Positions 29,775 through 39,890 of a stretch of DNA of 64,000 nucleotides are shown one piece after another; positions within the stretch are counted from its first letter, which is position 1, and the number at the start of each line of letters is the position of its first letter. The stretch is taken from positions 7,425 through 71,424 of the forward strand of contig JAWBQY010000004.1 in the NCBI GenBank assembly GCA_038844925.1. Direction: 5' to 3'. A program made the translations under genes and the position numbers. The stretch is from Sulfolobales archaeon (GTDB lineage Archaea; Thermoproteota; Thermoprotei_A; Sulfolobales; NBVN01). The notes below the pieces were generated by a model. It was not told where the DNA came from and searched no databases. It worked only from the letters and a program-made list of their open reading frames with translations.

Positions 29775-30773
29775 TTACTTCGCAGTCTTTACAGTCTTAG
29801 CAGCCCTCCCAAGCAAGGCTAACCTAGCTATTAAAGCATTTAACTGGATCTCTTCGTCAGCACCCTCAACCAACCTAAACTGTATCTCACCTAAGTAATC
29901 AGCTATTTCAACCCTTAGTGACTCAGGTATTGCTAGCTCCGACCCGAACAACTCCCTATGTATCTGCTTGATTATGTCAGTACCTGAGATGCCGTAGGTG
30001 ATCATGAGCTCACGTAGTCTATCCCTAGCCTCTATAAACTTACCTTCCAGAGCTAGTTGTATCATCTCCCTAACTTCTCTTGGATGTGCTAACCCAACAA
30101 CTTTAAATACGTTTGATACGTTAACATCACCTATACTTGCTGATGCCTGCAATATGTTTATCGACTTCCTCATATCACCTTCTGAGATGTCATGAATAAC
30201 TTCTAAAGCCTCCTCATCACATTTAATGCCTTCATTCATACAAATCCACCTCAACCTCTTAACAACGTCTTCCTTCCTAAGTGGTATGAATCTAAATACA
30301 GCGCATCTAGACTGTATGGGTTCTATGATCTTACTCGGGTAATTTGCTATTAAGATAAATCGAGTGACGTCAACGTACATCTCCATAAGCCTCCTAAGCG
30401 CCTGCTGAGCGTCTGCAGTCATATTATCAGATTCGTCAAGTAGTACTATCTTAAACGGTATGTTAGTCGGTAGTCTACTCCTAGAAAATTCTTTAACCTT
30501 ACCCCTAATGACGTCAATACCGCGTTCGTCGGAAGCGTTAAGCTCTAACATATACATCCTGTAGTCAGGTCCGTAGAGGTCGTGTGCAAGCGCGTGAGCA
30601 GCTGTAGTTTTACCGGTTCCCGGAGGTCCAGCAAATAGTAGATGAGGCATATTCCTCTCCTTAATGAACTGCTGCAACCTCCTAACTACGTCTTCCTGAT
30701 TAACGATTTCAGAGAGTGTCTTCGGTCTGTACTTCTCAACCCATAATAGCTCGGCAAGTACTTGAGATGACAT
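29775..30773 (-). CDS. rfcS: Replication factor C small subunit (no intein)
   Basis: WVEKYRP, GPPGTGKT, ELNASDERG, QSRC. Confidence 0.96.
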   Translation of the reverse strand: MSSQVLAELLWVEKYRPKTLSEIVNQEDVVRRLQQFIKERNMPHLLFAGPPGTGKTTAAHALAHDLYGPDYRMYMLELNASDERGIDVIRGKVKEFSRSRLPTNIPFKIVLLDESDNMTADAQQALRRLMEMYVDVTRFILIANYPSKIIEPIQSRCAVFRFIPLRKEDVVKRLRWICMNEGIKCDEEALEVIHDISEGDMRKSINILQASASIGDVNVSNVFKVVGLAHPREVREMIQLALEGKFIEARDRLRELMITYGISGTDIIKQIHRELFGSELAIPESLRVEIADYLGEIQFRLVEGADEEIQLNALIARLALLGRAAKTVKTAK

Positions 30774-30857
30774 CTACTCATACCTTGTTAATTAATATTT
30801 CTTAAATTTATATTAATTCGTATTCCTCCTTAAAACTAATCTTTAAGTAGGTTAACC

Positions 30858-31142
30858 TTAACCTTTAGAGTCGTATCTGTGGACTATAACACCCTGCAGG
30901 CCTTCATCAACGATCTTCACGATCCTAACCCTAACCCTCTCATTTGTAAACCCCTTAGGTATTAGGACCTTATAACCTTTGTAGAACCCCACACCCCTAC
31001 CACTCTCATCAATCTCCCTCACTAAGACATCAATCTCATCACCTATATTTACTTCCTCCTTACTCACGGCGGTATTGTTGTATATACTGAACCTCTTTAC
31101 ATTAACGTCGTATACGTTTTTATAGTTCCTGTACTTAGTCAA
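30858..31142 (-). CDS. Single TRAM-domain protein
   Basis: GDEIDV......G.GVG.YKGY.VLIP.G...ERVRVRI; GGTGA SD. Confidence 0.8.
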   Translation of the reverse strand: MTKYRNYKNVYDVNVKRFSIYNNTAVSKEEVNIGDEIDVLVREIDESGRGVGFYKGYKVLIPKGFTNERVRVRIVKIVDEGLQGVIVHRYDSKG

Positions 31143-31477
31143 TATATCACCGCTGAGTACGGCAATTGATTAAGTGTTTTAATTAGAATTAAGGTCTGAT
31201 CACTCATACATACACCCATAGCTTACGAATCTATACACTACTATCATACACCGAGATTAAATTAGTAGTGAGTTTATATATGTTGATGATACTAGGAGTT
31301 TAATGTTAAAGGAGGTACGCATCATATTTAGTGTTAAATTACTTAAGAATTAATTTCCTAAGAGTAAGATACCTAATTCAGGGTTGAAGTATAGCTCAGG
31401 GATAAATATCGGCCCGTATTACAAATGTTTAAATCACTCGCTAAAGTCAAGGGATGTGCAAATGCTGGGATGCTATT

Positions 31478-31810
31478 ATGCGGTCCGGTGCCGGCTATAA
31501 CCCGTCTTCTGTACTACGGTGGTATTAGGCTTAGCGGCCTACCCGCATCTCACACGGCATTCATCGATGCTGCTTGGCCTTACTCCCCGGGGGTCGGCCG
31601 TTTCAACGCACCCTACACCATACTCAGCGGGTTACTGGTTGGGTATTACTACCCAACCCTCACCGCATCATAGACATTTAATGCGGGCGTGTCGTTTCTG
31701 TGCCGTTGCCGCGGGTCTCCCCGCACCCCTTACGGGGTCCCGGTGCCGTGCGGAGGACGGAGTTTCCTCAGGGGGTGCCCCCGTAACCACCAGCCAGCTC
31801 CGGACCGCAT
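31478..31810 (-). ncRNA. rnpB: RNase P RNA
   Basis: Minus strand GAGGAAACUCC, ACAGAAACG, UUGAAACGG, UACAGAAGACGGGUUAU; terminal stem gcggtccgg/ccggaccgc. Confidence 0.95.
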
Positions 31811-31848
31811 TATTCTTAACAGTATTAGAGTTGATAAGTTTTAATTAC

Positions 31849-32370
31849 TTACCTTAGTTTTCTGAGGACTTCGTCTTGGATCTTCATTACTTCATCGACT
31901 GATACGCACTTCGAATACTGTTCCAGTAGGTCTTTATTTAGTTCGTAGAACGTGTGTCCCCACTTAATTATTGATAGTATCTTAAGTGAGAGTTCCTTAA
32001 ACCCAGTTATGTATAGTGCGGCTGCTACTGCTTCCAGGCTACTTAACTTTGTTGCGACTGCGTAGTTGATAGGGTTTCCAGCAAATAGTAATGGTAGTAC
32101 TCTCTGAGGTCTTCTATAAGTGCTTAACCTCTTAAGCACTTCTAGCCCTTCCTCCCATGAAACATCTATAACTGCGAGACCGTACTTACCTATGAGTACA
32201 CTGTCTGAAGGTGTTAGTAAGGTGTTGGAGAGGGGGTTTAAGATCAAGCAGTTCTTAGGTAGTAAACGTATACTGCCTATTCTAACGGCATAGCCTAGTC
32301 TAACCATTTTTAGGGCTGAACACTTCTTAGGGTCGTCGTGTCCGTAGCTAATGACGAATAACTTAACCAT
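31849..32370 (-). CDS. tsr3: rRNA aminocarboxypropyltransferase Tsr3
   Basis: DDPKKCSA.K, LP.L.AGNPINY, LSSLEA, KWGHTF.ELN. Confidence 0.92.
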   Translation of the reverse strand: MVKLFVISYGHDDPKKCSALKMVRLGYAVRIGSIRLLPKNCLILNPLSNTLLTPSDSVLIGKYGLAVIDVSWEEGLEVLKRLSTYRRPQRVLPLLFAGNPINYAVATKLSSLEAVAAALYITGFKELSLKILSIIKWGHTFYELNKDLLEQYSKCVSVDEVMKIQDEVLRKLR

Positions 32371-32430
32371 CTAACCCCTAAATTATTTAAAAACTTATAA
32401 ACATATAATCGCAATTTATATGGGGGTTTA

Positions 32431-32676
32431 ATGCCTGAAGCTATAGTTCTGGTAAATACAGACATAGGTTCTGAGGAGGAGGTCCTTAATTTGCTGTCAT
32501 CTATAGAGGGTATAACGGAGGCGTATGTTGTCTATGGTGTTTACGACCTAGTAGTTAAGGTGAGCGCTCCAACTACTGAGGAACTCAAGGACATAATCTC
32601 AAGTAAGATAAGGAAGATACCTAAGGTTAGGTCTACACTTACCATGATTGTTGTTGAGGGTAGGACCCGTAAGTGA
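32431..32676 (+). CDS. Stand-alone Lrp/AsnC ligand-binding (RAM) domain
   Basis: VYGVYDLVVKV...IRKIPKVRSTLTMIV, no HTH. Confidence 0.88.
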   Translation: MPEAIVLVNTDIGSEEEVLNLLSSIEGITEAYVVYGVYDLVVKVSAPTTEELKDIISSKIRKIPKVRSTLTMIVVEGRTRK

Positions 32677-32691
32677 TTTAGATGATACTAA

Positions 32692-34023
32692 ATGCGTGAT
32701 AGTAAGCGTAGATTAATACTTCATGTAGGACTTGATGATATAGATTCCCACTTCGATGGATGTACAACACACTTTGCATACATCTTAGCTAAGGAATTAT
32801 TAAAATCCATGAATGTGGAGTTTGTAGACTACCCAAATTTAGTTAGGTTGAATCCTTCAATACCGTTTAGGACTAGGGGAAATGGTGCGGTAGTATTAAG
32901 GATATCTGCCTTAGATAGTGAGGAGGAGTTTATAACTAACCTAATAATGAAGATGTTAGATGAGTACTTATCAAACTATGAGGTTAGAAGTGGTTGTGAG
33001 CCGGGCCTAGCCATCGTAGTAGGTGAGATTCCTGAAGCGCTTAATAGGTTGTACGTAAAGGCATTAACAGATTTCGTACATATTGATTATGTGAAGAATG
33101 TTGTAGGTCAGGTAAGTAGTTTAAAACTTCCTCTAGGAATGAGTAGAGGTGTTATAGGAGCTCTCGCAGCTATTGGATGGATTCAAGGCTCAGACTGTAC
33201 TTATGAGTTAATAGCTTACCGTAGCACAGTAGGTAGTGATGAAAGATGCGTAGACAGCAATTCCGTTAGGGAGGTAGATTTAAAGTATAGGGATTACGTC
33301 TTCAACAACTATGACCATGAGGATAATGTAGTACTTATAACACCGCATGGTAGTAATCCCGTACTCCTCGGTATTAGGGGGGAGGACCCTGAGGTACTTA
33401 TAAAATACTTCAACGAGTTAAGCATATGTGAGGCTTATAGTGGTTATATGGTTTTCAGAACTAATCAAGGTACTGATGCACACCTAATTAGTAGAAGATT
33501 AGATGAAGTGCGGACTTACAGAACTCTATGTATAGAAACTTCTGTAAGATCGAAACCCATGAGATTAAGAGGTGGTGATGTCCTCATAAAAATAAGTGAT
33601 GAACCCCCCATATACTCAGCATTCTATAAGGAAACATCGCTATCAGGGATAGCTAGTGAGTTAAATGAAGATGATGAAGTAATCATATGCGGTTCAGTAA
33701 AAATGTGGAGCAACTTTACAAACGTGATAAATGTAGAGAAGATCCGCATAAAGAAGAAGACCCGCACATATATACGTAACCCTAAATGCCCTAACTGCGG
33801 TAAACGTATGAAATCCGCAGGGACTAACAAAGGATTTAAATGTGAGTCATGCGGCTTCAAATCAAGAGACTTAAACAAAGAAATCATTAAAGAAGTTGAA
33901 AACGTAGATAAGCTATACGTAACGAAGACAAGGACATTAAAACACCTAACAAAACCGCCATGCAGGTATGGTAGGGAGAAGCAATGTATCTTTACAAAAC
34001 CCACTGGTAGGTGGATTCTATGA
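32692..34023 (+). CDS. tiaS: tRNA(Ile2) agmatinylcytidine synthetase
   Basis: GLDDIDS..GCTT, LVRLNPSIPFRTRGNGAV, TNQGTDAH, C-terminal Zn ribbon. Confidence 0.93.
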   Translation: MRDSKRRLILHVGLDDIDSHFDGCTTHFAYILAKELLKSMNVEFVDYPNLVRLNPSIPFRTRGNGAVVLRISALDSEEEFITNLIMKMLDEYLSNYEVRSGCEPGLAIVVGEIPEALNRLYVKALTDFVHIDYVKNVVGQVSSLKLPLGMSRGVIGALAAIGWIQGSDCTYELIAYRSTVGSDERCVDSNSVREVDLKYRDYVFNNYDHEDNVVLITPHGSNPVLLGIRGEDPEVLIKYFNELSICEAYSGYMVFRTNQGTDAHLISRRLDEVRTYRTLCIETSVRSKPMRLRGGDVLIKISDEPPIYSAFYKETSLSGIASELNEDDEVIICGSVKMWSNFTNVINVEKIRIKKKTRTYIRNPKCPNCGKRMKSAGTNKGFKCESCGFKSRDLNKEIIKEVENVDKLYVTKTRTLKHLTKPPCRYGREKQCIFTKPTGRWIL

Positions 34024-34261
34024 AAATAAAATAACTATTGCAAATACAGTATAGACACTATAACATAGGTTAGGGTACTTAGAAGTATTGTAGAGATGAT
34101 ATCACTTTAAGTTAGAAATGTACAAAAGTCACTAAATATGAACAGCCCTCAACTCCTATATAATCTCCTCTTCTCCTCTATTGATTTCTTATCATGGTAT
34201 GTACTCGTAAATACTATCTCACCCAGAGTAATGATATGTTAGGAGCATGATGTGTGTAAAA

Positions 34262-34602
34262 ACCCCTCTATTTCATATGCATCCCACCTTATACCCACTT
34301 AGACCATTACTAATCATAGATATCTGTGAACAGTACGTTAACGTAAGCTATAGACTGACACCCCCTAATTTCGTATGGAATAACATTCATGCCTATACTT
34401 AGATTTAGTATCTGAGTTATAATTCGATTATTCTATATCGCATATATTCATTATACAAACTTTCTCATAACATTTGCTATGCGATTATCATAGCATTTAG
34501 ATACTTATTCCATATGAAATTAGGGGGTCTCTCTGTAATGGATTAATAATTCGTATTTTGCGGACCCCTCTATTTCATATGGAGTGGGATTTAAATCCCA
34601 CT
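34262..34602. promoter_or_regulatory. oriC: Chromosomal replication origin: four ORBs around an AT-rich unwinding element
   Basis: ORBs of type TCCAtatGAAAtNNRGGGGT at 34262-34281(-), 34360-34380(-), 34508-34528(+), 34564-34584(-); the middle two are inverted around an AT-rich ~125 bp. Confidence 0.85.
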
Positions 34603-34615
34603 TCGACAACGTCAG

Positions 34616-35197
34616 TTAGGATTGTGACATCATGTTTGATGATTTTATATAATATCTTATTAAGTCTATCTTAGTCGTTATTCCTTTCACACCATCCTTA
34701 TCAACTACTAATATTGCTGGGTAGATAAGTAAGAGTGATTCAACTAATGAGATTGGGGTTTCTTTAGGTACTTGTGGTGGGGGTGGTTCAATAGCGTCTA
34801 ATGCTATTAATTTCCTTAAGTCTTTCTTCTTTCTCAGTAGTTTTACTAGTGTTGATTCATATATCATGCCTACAATTCTGTTATTCTTATCTAGTACTGG
34901 GACTTGTGATATGCCTTTAGAATCCATAATATCTATTATTTGAGATAGTGGTGTGTCGACGTAGACTGATATTACAGGTGTTGTCATGATCTTCTCTACA
35001 GTTTCATTAGTTTTTGACGTCTTACTAATAGCATCTAAGATCTTCTTTAACGTATTCATTCTTGGGTTAACACTTCCTTTCTCAATCCTAGCTATTAACG
35101 ATTGGCTAACACCTGCTAGTTTAGCTAGTTCTTTCTGTGTTAGTCCTGCAGCTAATCTCATCCTCCTTATCTCATCTGATGATGGTATCACAGACAT
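34616..35197 (-). CDS. XRE-HTH plus CBS-pair transcriptional regulator
   Basis: GLTQKELAKLAGVSQSLIARIE, ISQVPV, GITTKIDL. Confidence 0.9.
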   Translation of the reverse strand: MSVIPSSDEIRRMRLAAGLTQKELAKLAGVSQSLIARIEKGSVNPRMNTLKKILDAISKTSKTNETVEKIMTTPVISVYVDTPLSQIIDIMDSKGISQVPVLDKNNRIVGMIYESTLVKLLRKKKDLRKLIALDAIEPPPPQVPKETPISLVESLLLIYPAILVVDKDGVKGITTKIDLIRYYIKSSNMMSQS

Positions 35198-35365
35198 CAG
35201 TTCCTACATTATTATGCTGATTAATAAACTTAAACTTTTAAGTAAAATTAACATGTTTAAACATACAATTAATTTTTAAGTAAACCATCATTTATTACTT
35301 TAATTAGTTTAATTATAGATGGTGTTGAAGCATTTGTAGTTAATAACCGTAAGGAAATTGATATA

Positions 35366-35902
35366 GTGTTGTACGGTAGGGGGGGTCAGGGAGTTGTAAC
35401 TGCTGCTAATGTCTTAGTTAGAGCCGCGTGCATGGCTGGGTTATGGGGTCAGGCATACCCGTTCTTCGGTGCTGAACGTAGAGGAGCGCCTGTCACAGCA
35501 TATGTTAGGGTTTCAAAGGAAAGGATAAGGTCTAGATATGCTAGTATCCGACCAGATATAGCTATAATATTAGATCGTAAGTTATGCGATATTATCAACA
35601 TCGATCAAAACGTTAAGGATGGTGGGTCTGTAATCATTAACACACCGTTTAAGATTAGGAGGTCTGAGAGGTATAGAGTCTTCTACGTTAACGCTGATGA
35701 TATAGTTAGGAGGCTAGGTCTGATCTTCAGTGGTTGGTCCTTAGTTAACATGCCAATGTTAGGTGCTTTTTCAAAAGCTACTAACATTGTGGGGGTAGAC
35801 CACCTAATTAGTAGTGTTAAGGAGTACCTATATGGTGAGTTATTAGAACTTAACATAAAGGCCATTAAGATAGCCTATGAGGAGGTGTTGGAGGCTGACT
35901 AA
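35366..35902 (+). CDS. porG: 2-oxoacid (pyruvate/ketoisovalerate):ferredoxin oxidoreductase gamma subunit; true start probably upstream
   Basis: GRGGQGVVTA, FFGAERRGAPV, NMPMLGA. Confidence 0.9.
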   Translation: MLYGRGGQGVVTAANVLVRAACMAGLWGQAYPFFGAERRGAPVTAYVRVSKERIRSRYASIRPDIAIILDRKLCDIINIDQNVKDGGSVIINTPFKIRRSERYRVFYVNADDIVRRLGLIFSGWSLVNMPMLGAFSKATNIVGVDHLISSVKEYLYGELLELNIKAIKIAYEEVLEAD

Positions 35903-36158
35903 CCACCATAGACTACCTATCTCAAAACCTGAGGTAGGTGTTGGGGGTAGGACCGGTTACTGGAGGTTTAAGAAACCTGTGGTGGACAACGGTAAGTGTA
36001 TTAGATGTGGGTTATGCTGGCTTTACTGTCCAGACTCATCAATTAACATCTTAGAAAGTCCTGATAAATATGTAGAAGTCGACTACAACTACTGTAAGGG
36101 ATGCGGTATATGCTCTAATACATGTCCGGTTAAGGCGATCACAATGGTTGAAGAGTGA
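35877..36158 (+). CDS. porD: Oxidoreductase delta subunit (2[4Fe-4S])
   Basis: GRTGYWR..KP, CIRCGLCWLYCP, CKGCGICSNTCP. Confidence 0.92.
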   Translation: MRRCWRLTNHHRLPISKPEVGVGGRTGYWRFKKPVVDNGKCIRCGLCWLYCPDSSINILESPDKYVEVDYNYCKGCGICSNTCPVKAITMVEE

Positions 36159-36169
36159 GGTGATACATC

Positions 36170-37345
36170 ATAGTAATTAAGGTTTTAACAGGTAATCAAG
36201 CAGTTGCAGAAGCTGTTAGACTATCAGATGTTGACTTAATAACGGCTTACCCCATAACACCTCAAACAACTATTGTTGAGAGATTAAGTGAGTTCGTAGA
36301 TCTGAAGTTGATGAGGGGGAGATTAATAAGAGTTGAGTCTGAGTTTAGTGCTCTAGCAGCTGCTTATGGAGCAGCATTATGTGGGGCTAGGGTATTCACA
36401 GCAACATCATCTCACGGACTACTCTTCATGCATGAAATGCTTTGGTGGGTTGCAGGTAGTAGGATACCTATGGTTTTAGCAGTAGTTACTAGAGCTATAG
36501 GACCGCCTTGGAACATATGGAACGAACATACAGACTTTATGGATCAGAGGGACTGCGGTTGGTTAATGGCTTTAGCTGAAAATAATCAGGAAATATTAGA
36601 TACGATCATACAGTTATACAGGATTACAGAGGATGAGGCAGTATACCTGCCAGGCATATTAGGCTTCGACGGATTCTTACTAAGCCATACCTCAGAACCT
36701 GTTGACGTACCAGATGACGACTTAGTTAAATCGTTTCTTAAACCTAGGTCACAACCCTACAACATGTGTTTAGATGATATACTAACCATGGGGAATTTAG
36801 CAAGTGCTAAGGATGCTGCTATGATGAGGTATGATATGCAGCTGTCTATGGAGAGCGCTAAGGAAGTCATTAAAAAAGTTGATAGGGAGTATGAGAAACT
36901 AACTGGGCGGAGTTACGGCGGTCTAACAGAATGTTATAGGTGTGATGATAGTAAATACTTAATAGTCGCTATGGGTGGTTGGGTAGGTACTATGAAGGAC
37001 GTGTGTGATGAATTAAGAGATTACGGCTATGATGTAGGTCTGCTTAAGATAAGGTTCTTCAGACCATTCCCAGATGAAGATGTGGTAAAAGCTGTGAGTA
37101 GTGTTAGGGGTGTCTTAGTCTTCGATAGGTCTATATCGCTAGGTTCTCTAGGACATCTACATACTGAGGTATTAGCCAGGGCCTATAGGTTAAATAGTAG
37201 AGCTGTAGTTAAGGGGGTGGTGGCAGGTCTGGCTGGTGTTGATGTAGGACCTAACGATGTTAGAGAAGCTGTTCTAAAATTCATCGAGGAAGTTGAGGAG
37301 CGTGGCTACGTCGAAAACATCTCTGAATGGATTTTAGGAGGGTGA
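36170..37345 (+). CDS. porA: Oxidoreductase alpha subunit, apparent ATA start
   Basis: Frame upstream of the ORF-track start encodes VLTGNQAVAEA..AYPITPQT; in-frame TGA at 36161; SD GAGGTGAT at 36157. Confidence 0.92.
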   Translation: MVIKVLTGNQAVAEAVRLSDVDLITAYPITPQTTIVERLSEFVDLKLMRGRLIRVESEFSALAAAYGAALCGARVFTATSSHGLLFMHEMLWWVAGSRIPMVLAVVTRAIGPPWNIWNEHTDFMDQRDCGWLMALAENNQEILDTIIQLYRITEDEAVYLPGILGFDGFLLSHTSEPVDVPDDDLVKSFLKPRSQPYNMCLDDILTMGNLASAKDAAMMRYDMQLSMESAKEVIKKVDREYEKLTGRSYGGLTECYRCDDSKYLIVAMGGWVGTMKDVCDELRDYGYDVGLLKIRFFRPFPDEDVVKAVSSVRGVLVFDRSISLGSLGHLHTEVLARAYRLNSRAVVKGVVAGLAGVDVGPNDVREAVLKFIEEVEERGYVENISEWILGG

Positions 37346-37350
37346 TCGTA

Positions 37351-38238
37351 GTGATTACTAAAATTCAGGATTTAAGTAGGGAGAAATACGTCTTACCAGG
37401 ACATACGGCATGCCCCGGCTGTCCGGAAACGTTGGGATTGAGATATGTTGGTATGGCATTAGGTAAGGATGCGGTCCTAGTAATTCCAGCCGGCTGCTCA
37501 TCAATAATTCAGGGTGCGATACCTAAGAGTAGTATAGCTATGAGGGTGGTCAACGTACCATTCGCATCATCAGCTGCTGTGGCTTCAGGGATAGCAAGTA
37601 TTAGAGATTTATTGAATGTTAATGGAATACCTGTTGTGTGGGCTGGTGATGGCGCAACAGCAGATATAGGATTCGCATCACTATCAGGTAGTGCTGAAAG
37701 AAATGACGACCTAATATACATATGCGTAGATAACGAAGCGTATATGAATACAGGGATCCAACGAAGTTCTCTAACCCCTTACGGAGCTTGGACATCAACC
37801 ACAGTGACTGGTAAGAGGGAGGGTAAGAAGGAGGTACCACTAATAATGCTACTACATAAGATACCTTACGTAGCTACAGCAAGCATAGCATTTCCCTTAG
37901 ACTTCATCAATAAGTTGAGGAAGGCATCTACGATCAAGGGCTTTAAGTACATACACCTACACGCACCATGCCCTACGGGCTGGCGCTTCGACCCGTCTAG
38001 GACGGTTGAAGTTGCTAAACTAGCAGTTGAGGTAGGTGCTTGGATACTCTTCGAAGCCGAACAACGTAAGTTGAGGTTGAACCCACCGAGCAATGTATAC
38101 GTCGATAGAAGTAAGAGAAAACCAGTTAAAGACTACCTAAGCATTCAAGGCAGGTTTAAAAATCTAAGTGAAAGTGATTTAAAAATGTTTGAGAAGCTCG
38201 TCGACGATACCTGGGAACTAGTACTTAAGTTCACTTAA
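37351..38238 (+). CDS. porB: Oxidoreductase beta subunit (TPP-binding)
   Basis: GHTACPGC, WAGDG, DNEAYMNTGIQRS, PCPTGW; GTG after GGAGGGTGA. Confidence 0.92.
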   Translation: MITKIQDLSREKYVLPGHTACPGCPETLGLRYVGMALGKDAVLVIPAGCSSIIQGAIPKSSIAMRVVNVPFASSAAVASGIASIRDLLNVNGIPVVWAGDGATADIGFASLSGSAERNDDLIYICVDNEAYMNTGIQRSSLTPYGAWTSTTVTGKREGKKEVPLIMLLHKIPYVATASIAFPLDFINKLRKASTIKGFKYIHLHAPCPTGWRFDPSRTVEVAKLAVEVGAWILFEAEQRKLRLNPPSNVYVDRSKRKPVKDYLSIQGRFKNLSESDLKMFEKLVDDTWELVLKFT

Positions 38239-38395
38239 TTAGTAAGTTCATAGCAACTACTATCGATATAAACACCGTGGCCAAAATCAATAAAGTAATA
38301 GGCGATATTATGAACTTAGATTCAACATCCTCAAAGAACCTAACCAAACCAGCTGCTGACTGAGGTCCCGCAACTCTCTTCTTCCTACTAGACAT
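38231..38395 (-). CDS. secG: Preprotein translocase Sec61-beta
   Basis: 54 aa MSSRKKRVAGPQSAAGLVRFFED..ISP plus one TM; AGGTG SD; below ORF-track cutoff. Confidence 0.9.
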   Translation of the reverse strand: MSSRKKRVAGPQSAAGLVRFFEDVESKFIISPITLLILATVFISIVVAMNLLIK

Positions 38396-38524
38396 CCTAA
38401 CACCTACAACTAATTACCTACCACATCTTAAAACCATTTCGGCAATTATGAATTGCTATGATGTGAAGTCCTAATAATCCAATACACTTAAAAATTGTTA
38501 AACATGTAGTAAGAAACCATCTTA

Positions 38525-38785
38525 GTGAGCACTATGAGTTTAACCATAGCTAAGGTCCAAGAAATCATTAAAAAATACTACTATGAGAAAGATAGTGCTA
38601 GAGGGCTCCACGCCACCTTCACATGGTTCGTAGAAGAAGTAGGTGAATTAGCTGATGCATTACTATCAAATAACAGAACAAAAATTGAGGAAGAAATTGC
38701 AGACGTATTCGCATGGCTTATATCCATAGCCAACCTACTAGACATAGATGTTGAAACATGCTTTAAGAAGAAATACCTCAGCTAA
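38525..38785 (+). CDS. MazG-like nucleotide pyrophosphohydrolase
   Basis: WFVEEVGELA...EEEIADVFAWL. Confidence 0.88.
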   Translation: MSTMSLTIAKVQEIIKKYYYEKDSARGLHATFTWFVEEVGELADALLSNNRTKIEEEIADVFAWLISIANLLDIDVETCFKKKYLS

Positions 38786-38807
38786 ACAACCCTAAGAGTG
38801 ATAACGA

Positions 38808-39890
38808 TTACATTTCTATGGTCTTCCAACCTCTTAAAAACCTAGAGTACTCAGTATATGGTATGGTATAACGTGCCCTACGAGACCTATCGAGGAGGTA
38901 AGTAGTATAGCTAACTTTAAAGCTTTTCAAATAATTAAGTAAGCCATTAAGTGTTTCGGAATTTACTACCGTAAGAAGATACATAACACCTTTAAAAGAT
39001 AGGTAAATACCTGCAATAAAGATAAGTTCTGAAAGTGCATTAGCTAACTTACATAGCAGTCCATAATCACCCTCAACCCTTATGAGGAGGTAGAGAGAAT
39101 TTTCGGGGGGTAAAGGTATAAGTCTTAATTTAAAACCCTTAACGATCTTACTAACGTGTAAGTTGTAATGTCTAAGGACTTTTGAGTAATTCACACCTAA
39201 TTCCTTACTAATATTCATGGCATGATTGAAGGGATCTTTCTCTAACTCCTTAATGATAAGTAAGTCAAGTAAGTCAAATCTAACACTCCTATATAAACTT
39301 AAGTCTATTTCCTTATATGGAATATCTGTCCTATAGACTAACTCATATAGTCTATCCCAATTAATTTTAAACAATTTCTTACTGAAATCATAATGATAGG
39401 TTAACTTAGCCTTCGAATAGAGGGATTTGTGGATAACATCAAATAAGACCACATTATTAAATCTTGAGACAATATCCTTAACATTAATAGTCTCAGGCAA
39501 GTAGTAAGAGAGCAGGGTTCCTTGAAAAGGTAGTAAAATGGGTGCGTAAAATGCTATAAACCTCCCGATAACATCATCTTCTAAAACAGAGTTTAACTCT
39601 AAAGACTCATTTACTATTATTATTAACCTCCTTAACCCAATCGCGAGGAAGTCGACGTCAATACTGAAAGCCACTCCTAACCTCTTAAGCAATCCTAATT
39701 TACGTGATAGAGTATATGATGGTATGCCTAAATTTTTAGCTATTTCAGATTTTGTGGGCAAATACTCATATGAGAGTATATGTTCTATAAAACTAGCTAG
39801 AGAGAAGTCTAAACTCCTATAAAAGGCATCAGAAAGTCTTCTCACCTCATTCATCTCATCGCTGAAGTCTTTTACTTTGAAAATCATCAA
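38808..39890 (-). CDS. Crenarchaeal AsnC/Lrp-like regulator with two HTH modules
   Basis: EIAKNLGIP..TLSRKL and DLLDLLIIKELEKDP...ISKELGV. Confidence 0.7.
   Translation of the reverse strand: MMIFKVKDFSDEMNEVRRLSDAFYRSLDFSLASFIEHILSYEYLPTKSEIAKNLGIPSYTLSRKLGLLKRLGVAFSIDVDFLAIGLRRLIIIVNESLELNSVLEDDVIGRFIAFYAPILLPFQGTLLSYYLPETINVKDIVSRFNNVVLFDVIHKSLYSKAKLTYHYDFSKKLFKINWDRLYELVYRTDIPYKEIDLSLYRSVRFDLLDLLIIKELEKDPFNHAMNISKELGVNYSKVLRHYNLHVSKIVKGFKLRLIPLPPENSLYLLIRVEGDYGLLCKLANALSELIFIAGIYLSFKGVMYLLTVVNSETLNGLLNYLKSFKVSYTTYLLDRSRRARYTIPYTEYSRFLRGWKTIEM

Noticed and set aside
31425..31857. 82-aa and 112-aa ORFs
   Set aside because: Antisense to RNase P RNA
34262..34584. Repeats as a mini-CRISPR array
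   Set aside because: Mixed orientation, irregular spacing, ORB consensus, no cas genes
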